NCBI RefSeq assembly: GCF_964355755.1
Contig: NC_092672.1
Span: 18,179,237 to 18,243,236 of the forward strand
Length of the DNA stretch: 64,000 nt
Direction of reading: 5' to 3'
Source: Antedon mediterranea
Lineage: Eukaryota; Animalia; Echinodermata
The position numbers were made by a program, and so were the translations under genes. This document shows positions 26,700-64,000 of the stretch, one piece after another (within the stretch, counting starts at the first letter, position 1; each line of letters starts with the position of its first letter). The notes under the pieces were generated by a model. That model was not told the origin of the DNA, did no database searches, and worked only from the letters and a program-made list of their open reading frames with translations.

Positions 26700-27410
26700 T
26701 AATAATAACATTTATTTGGAACAACACTTTTTAACAGTGGCACACATGCGTAGATGGTGCGTCCATACAAATTACAAAATTTAATACAAAAACACTGGAA
26801 AATAAAAAAACTGAAGCTAAAACATTTTTCATATTTGATTAAGAACTAAAAACATAAATTTGACTCAACGCTATTACAAAACTTATTTTAAAACTAAAAC
26901 TACACTAATACAACTACTAGTTTTCCAAGAGCAATGGAAAAGAAAACACACATTTTTAAAATAAAACAGTTCAAAGTTGTGATACAATTTCATTTCATAG
27001 TTTCCAAGCACGGCTTGTGTACATTTTGCAATAACTGTCAAACACAGCATAAATCTCATGAGAGTTATTTTTTTTTTAAATTACGTGCTTCCTATGACAT
27101 ATTTAACCTTAATAGATTAACCCAAGTATTTACCATTGCAATAAGATTATGTTAAAGTGTTTGCAATTCTTCAATTCTAATACAATGTATTACTTACTAC
27201 AAATAAACAGGATGTTTAACATCTTCTTCACCTGACCCACAAACCCTACACTTATCATTTAGATTATCAATGTTCCACTTATTTGTAATTTTTCCAAGTG
27301 GTAAAGTGTTTGAACGAAGTTTAAATTTTAAACTTGAGCCATAAAAATCTGTTTTATCCAATAGGTAAGGTTCTAGCCCAGGGGACTCTTTTATAAAGAG
27401 TAATCAAGCA
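26700..27410 (-). mobile_element. Degraded LINE 3' end (RT C-terminal zinc knuckle)
   Basis: Reverse strand reads LEPYLLDKTDFYGSSLKFKLRSNTLPL..KCRVCGSGEEDVKH; AATAAA and (TTA)n tail near 26700. Confidence 0.55.
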
Positions 27411-27537
27411 AAGATGTTATCAGTGTGTGTTTGCGCCCTCTTTTGTCTTTGTCTAATTAATCTTAAGTACAATACTGTACTACGAGTCTCGTATTCGGTA
27501 TTGAAATCCGGTAGTTAGTGCGATCAGGAGCCAGTTT

Positions 27538-27600
27538 TCAGTCAAACAAAAGTCCATCAAAAATTGGTTTTATATTGGAAAACCCATAACAGACAGAAAG
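27538..27600 (+). promoter_or_regulatory. Candidate transcription start and non-coding first exon of rabphilin
   Basis: Inr-like TCAGTC at ~27538 in a locally CpG-richer patch, followed by donor AAG|gtaata at 27600; inference only. Confidence 0.35.
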
Positions 27601-28037
27601 GTAATATTGTTACAATTATTTTGTTTGTACTAAAGTAGACATTATGTTTAGTAATATTTTTTTAATGAATAATATAGGCCTAGAATCCAATACGTTTTTA
27701 TAGCAGCTGTTTTTGCTGGTGTGATGTGGTTGTTTGTTCATGACATGGATGGATTAAGATGAGCAGTCTGTTGTTTGTTTATTAATAAATGCTAATTTTG
27801 TACAATGTAATTATTGTGGTTCAGTGGAGGTGAAATATGTTCTGAAATCTTGGATACTACTAGATACCACACTAAATGTAATTTTGGAAAAATAATTTTT
27901 TATATTTAATAATATACAAATAATGAATGTTTATAAGTCGACATGTATTGTAATGAAACAAATAATGGCATGAGGTGAATGATGAAAGGTTATATATCAA
28001 CGAGGCAACACGAATATAAAACATTCATTATTTGTTC

Positions 28038-29173
28038 GCCGTGGCTAAAGATACGGTATCATATCCTAACTTCCGTTTGCTAAAGGTACGGTAAAATTGC
28101 ATTACGACATAATCAGCCAATGGGGTGCTGGGACGTGTGTGATGTCATCGTATAAGGACTTTGGATTTGCGACTAGAGAATGCCTATTGACGGCGCCAGC
28201 ATGCATGGATGTGTGCGCTGATTCTGTGACTCAGCCCTGGGGTTAGACCTAGCAATGTTGAATCCAGAAGTTTAAAGACCCCTTCCCTACAATTTGTGAC
28301 GTTTTGTAAAAATAATACAAATATATTACTTTAAAACATTAAACCAGGTCATTCCTTGTCTTAAATGTACGTTTTATGGTAAATTACGATAAAAAGTGAG
28401 AAACAATGCACTACCTAAGTAGCTCGCGGCGAATGACCTCTCATTGACAGTCTTTAAGCCTAGCCTAGCTAGACTGGAAAACCCGGTGTTTTCGCTGAAA
28501 AGTTAGTCTTCCATTTGTTTTGGCCTCACTATCGATACAGTTTAGTAATGTAATAGCAAAATTAGAAGTAATGGGATTATAATTCAATGTTGGAAATTGT
28601 GTTGCATCTAGTTCATTCGTCCCTAGTTACTATGAGGGTTTTATTTTTATTCCAAATGGCCTTATTTTTTATTAAACTTTGTTTACAAATGGTGACCATA
28701 AACAACAAGCAAATGCGGACAATAAAGAGGTCCTCAAATACTATGATTTAGACAGAGCCCCAGGGCTGAGTCACAGAAATCAGCGCATACATGCAGCTGG
28801 CACCGCTTTCCCTACACAAACAAACTCATATAATGAAGCTATAGGTTATAGTACGTAGTTTGGCTTCTTATGCAACGGTTTTCTGTATTGTAGAATTAAA
28901 ATCAACATGTTTTGGCTTTTCAATAATAACAGACATAGGCTACATTTAGTTTGTTTTCACACACGACGGCGATAATATCGATAAATGAAGCATAAGAAAA
29001 TGTTAAGCGTTTGATCAATGTTTTCGCGATATGAAAACAAATCCAAAGGCCTTACACGATGACGTCACACATATACCACATCCCCACTGACTGACTGATT
29101 ATAACGTAATGCAATTTTACCGTACCTTTAGCAAACGGAAGTTAGGATACGGTACCGTATCTTTAGCCACAGC
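28038..29173. mobile_element. Fold-back MITE with ~110-bp TIRs nested in a hairpin-type element (27950-29875)
   Basis: GTGGCTAAAGATACGGTA..TTCCGTTTGCTAAAGGTACGGTAAAATTGCATTACG mirrored at 29039-29173; inner inverted pair 28190-28242 / 28757-28806; host matches 35425-36770. Confidence 0.75.
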
Positions 29174-31077
29174 ATTATTTTAGATTCCTGTCATTTTAAA
29201 TGGTAGCCCCTAGCCAAGGCCTACATTTTATTCACATTGGTTAAAACAGTAACATTTGGTTTTTTAATAATATTATATTAAATGTTATATTTATATGTTT
29301 TTATAAACACACCTACTTTAGTGTTAATTATGTCAACAAATTACCAAACAATCCTAGGCCTAGCAAGGCTCAAACGCTTAGGCTAGGCCTAGCCTATACT
29401 AACAGGCCTAGGCTAGACCGTACTAGCTTGGCTGAAAGGCAAAACTTCGACAGACAATTGGAACTTATCTAGGCTAATTATGGTTTTTCCAACGATTCCA
29501 TGTCTTGTAGAGATGTTCCCATTAATTAATCAAAATCCTACACATGATCTAAAGCTATTGTAAATTAAATGCCTTTTTGATCTAAATTAGTAAATATATC
29601 TTTCCAGAAATGTACTTCCATCGCAAAAAACCAGTCATCATAACATTTAAATCGCCACCATAGTCCAAAATAGGTGGCGTTGTTGTATTTAAAAATCAAT
29701 AGTATAAAACAAAATATTTATACTGTATATTATAAACACAAAAAGATTTTTTTTTTCATACGCCAAAAAAAGTACTACCGGTATTAAACAATCGTATAAT
29801 TGTGCGTACTATTGCACACCATGTGACCCACATTTGTCCAATCAAATGACAGGAATTTATTTAGGTGTTATTATATATATTAATTATAATTCATTAATTT
29901 ATTCTCATAATTCCCATTAATCAGGCCCGTAGCCAGGCTTATGTTTCGGGCGTACAACAAACCATATAACAGCGAACCGCATTTAATCCACTCAAACCCC
30001 CATCCCCAAAATGCCCAATACCCGCTGTTATGACAAATATGGTCCGGGGCCAAAATCGGGCAGCCGGACTAGTTTTGGCTCTAAATTTAAGGCCAAAAGG
30101 AGTCCGCCACTGCCAAAATCGGTCTTGGTTTTTCTTCTGTAGATTTTAATTAAAATACCAGGCTTTGTTATCTTTTTTTGTAGGTTATCACATTCAACAG
30201 AGGGCATCTCGGTTATTCGAGCCCCATTTTAGTTCAAATTTTAGTGCTTGTTCAATTAATTATCTTTCTCATGAGTTGCGACCATTTCATTTTGATTACG
30301 TTATCATGTGAAAAAACTTGAATAACGTAGCTGGTCGTGTAATTTTAACTTTGAACAGTATATATTTGAATATCTTACAGCTCTTCAGAATTAAGGGTGA
30401 CCTTGATGAATATAATTTGTTATGAAAGCTGATGAAATGTAGATAGGAATTTATATAAAAATTATGTTATGATGTATGATAATATGGTCAGTTGAAGTTA
30501 AAAAGTTTTTTCATCTCTTTCGTCAAATTCATAACAATTTCAAAGAGCACATAGTGCTTTTCTACGTGCCAAATTTTCATGTCATAGGATGGCGTAGATC
30601 AACATTTTACGACTACTGTACTATATTATTGTACAGTACCTGCATGATTAAATGATGCATGATATAATTCGTCAAAGTGACGAATTAAATTTTAGTTTTA
30701 CTTTAGAGTTAATAAAATATAATGAATAACTCGAATTTTAAAAAGTGAACTGTGACATTTATGTATTCAACTTTGCCATTTATATTTTCTATTTTTTATG
30801 TAGGTTTACAGAAGATGATTATGCAAAATGTACATAGTAGAAATGTATGGCGGTATCTGACAAATCCTGTGTGAGATCATCGCTGTATAAATTTACTTCT
30901 ACACCTCTACTGCTTAATGGTGCTCTATGATTGGTCTCTATTTCAACATAATTATATCATCCAATAATTGGTGTTTTGAGTCTCAGTACGCTCATTTTTT
31001 GTTTGCACATAAGGAGACAGAAATCAGTTGTTTCAAGAATTCTTTTTCTCTATCTCCAAGAAGTATAATCTGCAGGG

Positions 31078-63649
<32,572 letters not shown>

Positions 63650-64000
63650 TATTGATGTTTTTTTTCAACAAGAGCAAATTGGTAACTGTATATTGAAGAC
63701 AATGTCACTATAGTTGTCATATATTAATTTATCACATTTTATATTAGTTAAATATAAAACAGTGGTAAACTTACTAAAGAGCCATTGATATTTTAGTCAT
63801 TGATAGTTATTATAAATTAGTGCAAAATAGGTGTATAGTCTATTTAATAATTGCTGTATCTCATAATAACCAAGTATATATTTAGAATTTTGACCTATTT
63901 CAAAGCTACATATTTAATAATTGTTGAACTTTTTAAAATGTTGATGTTACTTAAGTACAGTTGACAAAATTGGTTTTGACCGTCTTGTGCAAATAGCAAA

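Overview
AT-rich, intron-rich eukaryotic DNA from an invertebrate (a marine deuterostome such as an echinoderm is my guess from gene structure and repeat content, not proven). Two spliced genes lie head-to-head and were rebuilt exon by exon from GT-AG junctions: RPA-interacting protein (RPAIN-like, minus strand, 7 exons, 22785->3084, ~244 aa) and rabphilin (plus strand, 16 coding exons, 31078->63649, ~669 aa; Rab-binding zinc finger with SGAWFF plus two C2 domains). The introns are packed with mobile DNA: tandem L2/CR1-group LINEs (one with an intact 614-aa RT ORF), Rex1/Babar and other LINE fragments, a Penelope GIY-YIG end, Kolobok-like, Harbinger-like, Tc1/pogo-like and Helentron-like non-autonomous elements, two tRNA-Val(AAC) copies and several minisatellites. 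The most notable items the ORF track misses are: (1) a spliced, decayed gene for a P2X7 ballast-like (KolX-type) protein between Kolobok-like TTAA ends in an RPAIN intron; (2) a U3-A8 variant minimal hammerhead ribozyme in the sense strand about 80 nt before a rabphilin splice acceptor; (3) a 60-nt in-frame rabphilin exon resembling the start of the next exon. All assignments come from manual reading; no searches were run.
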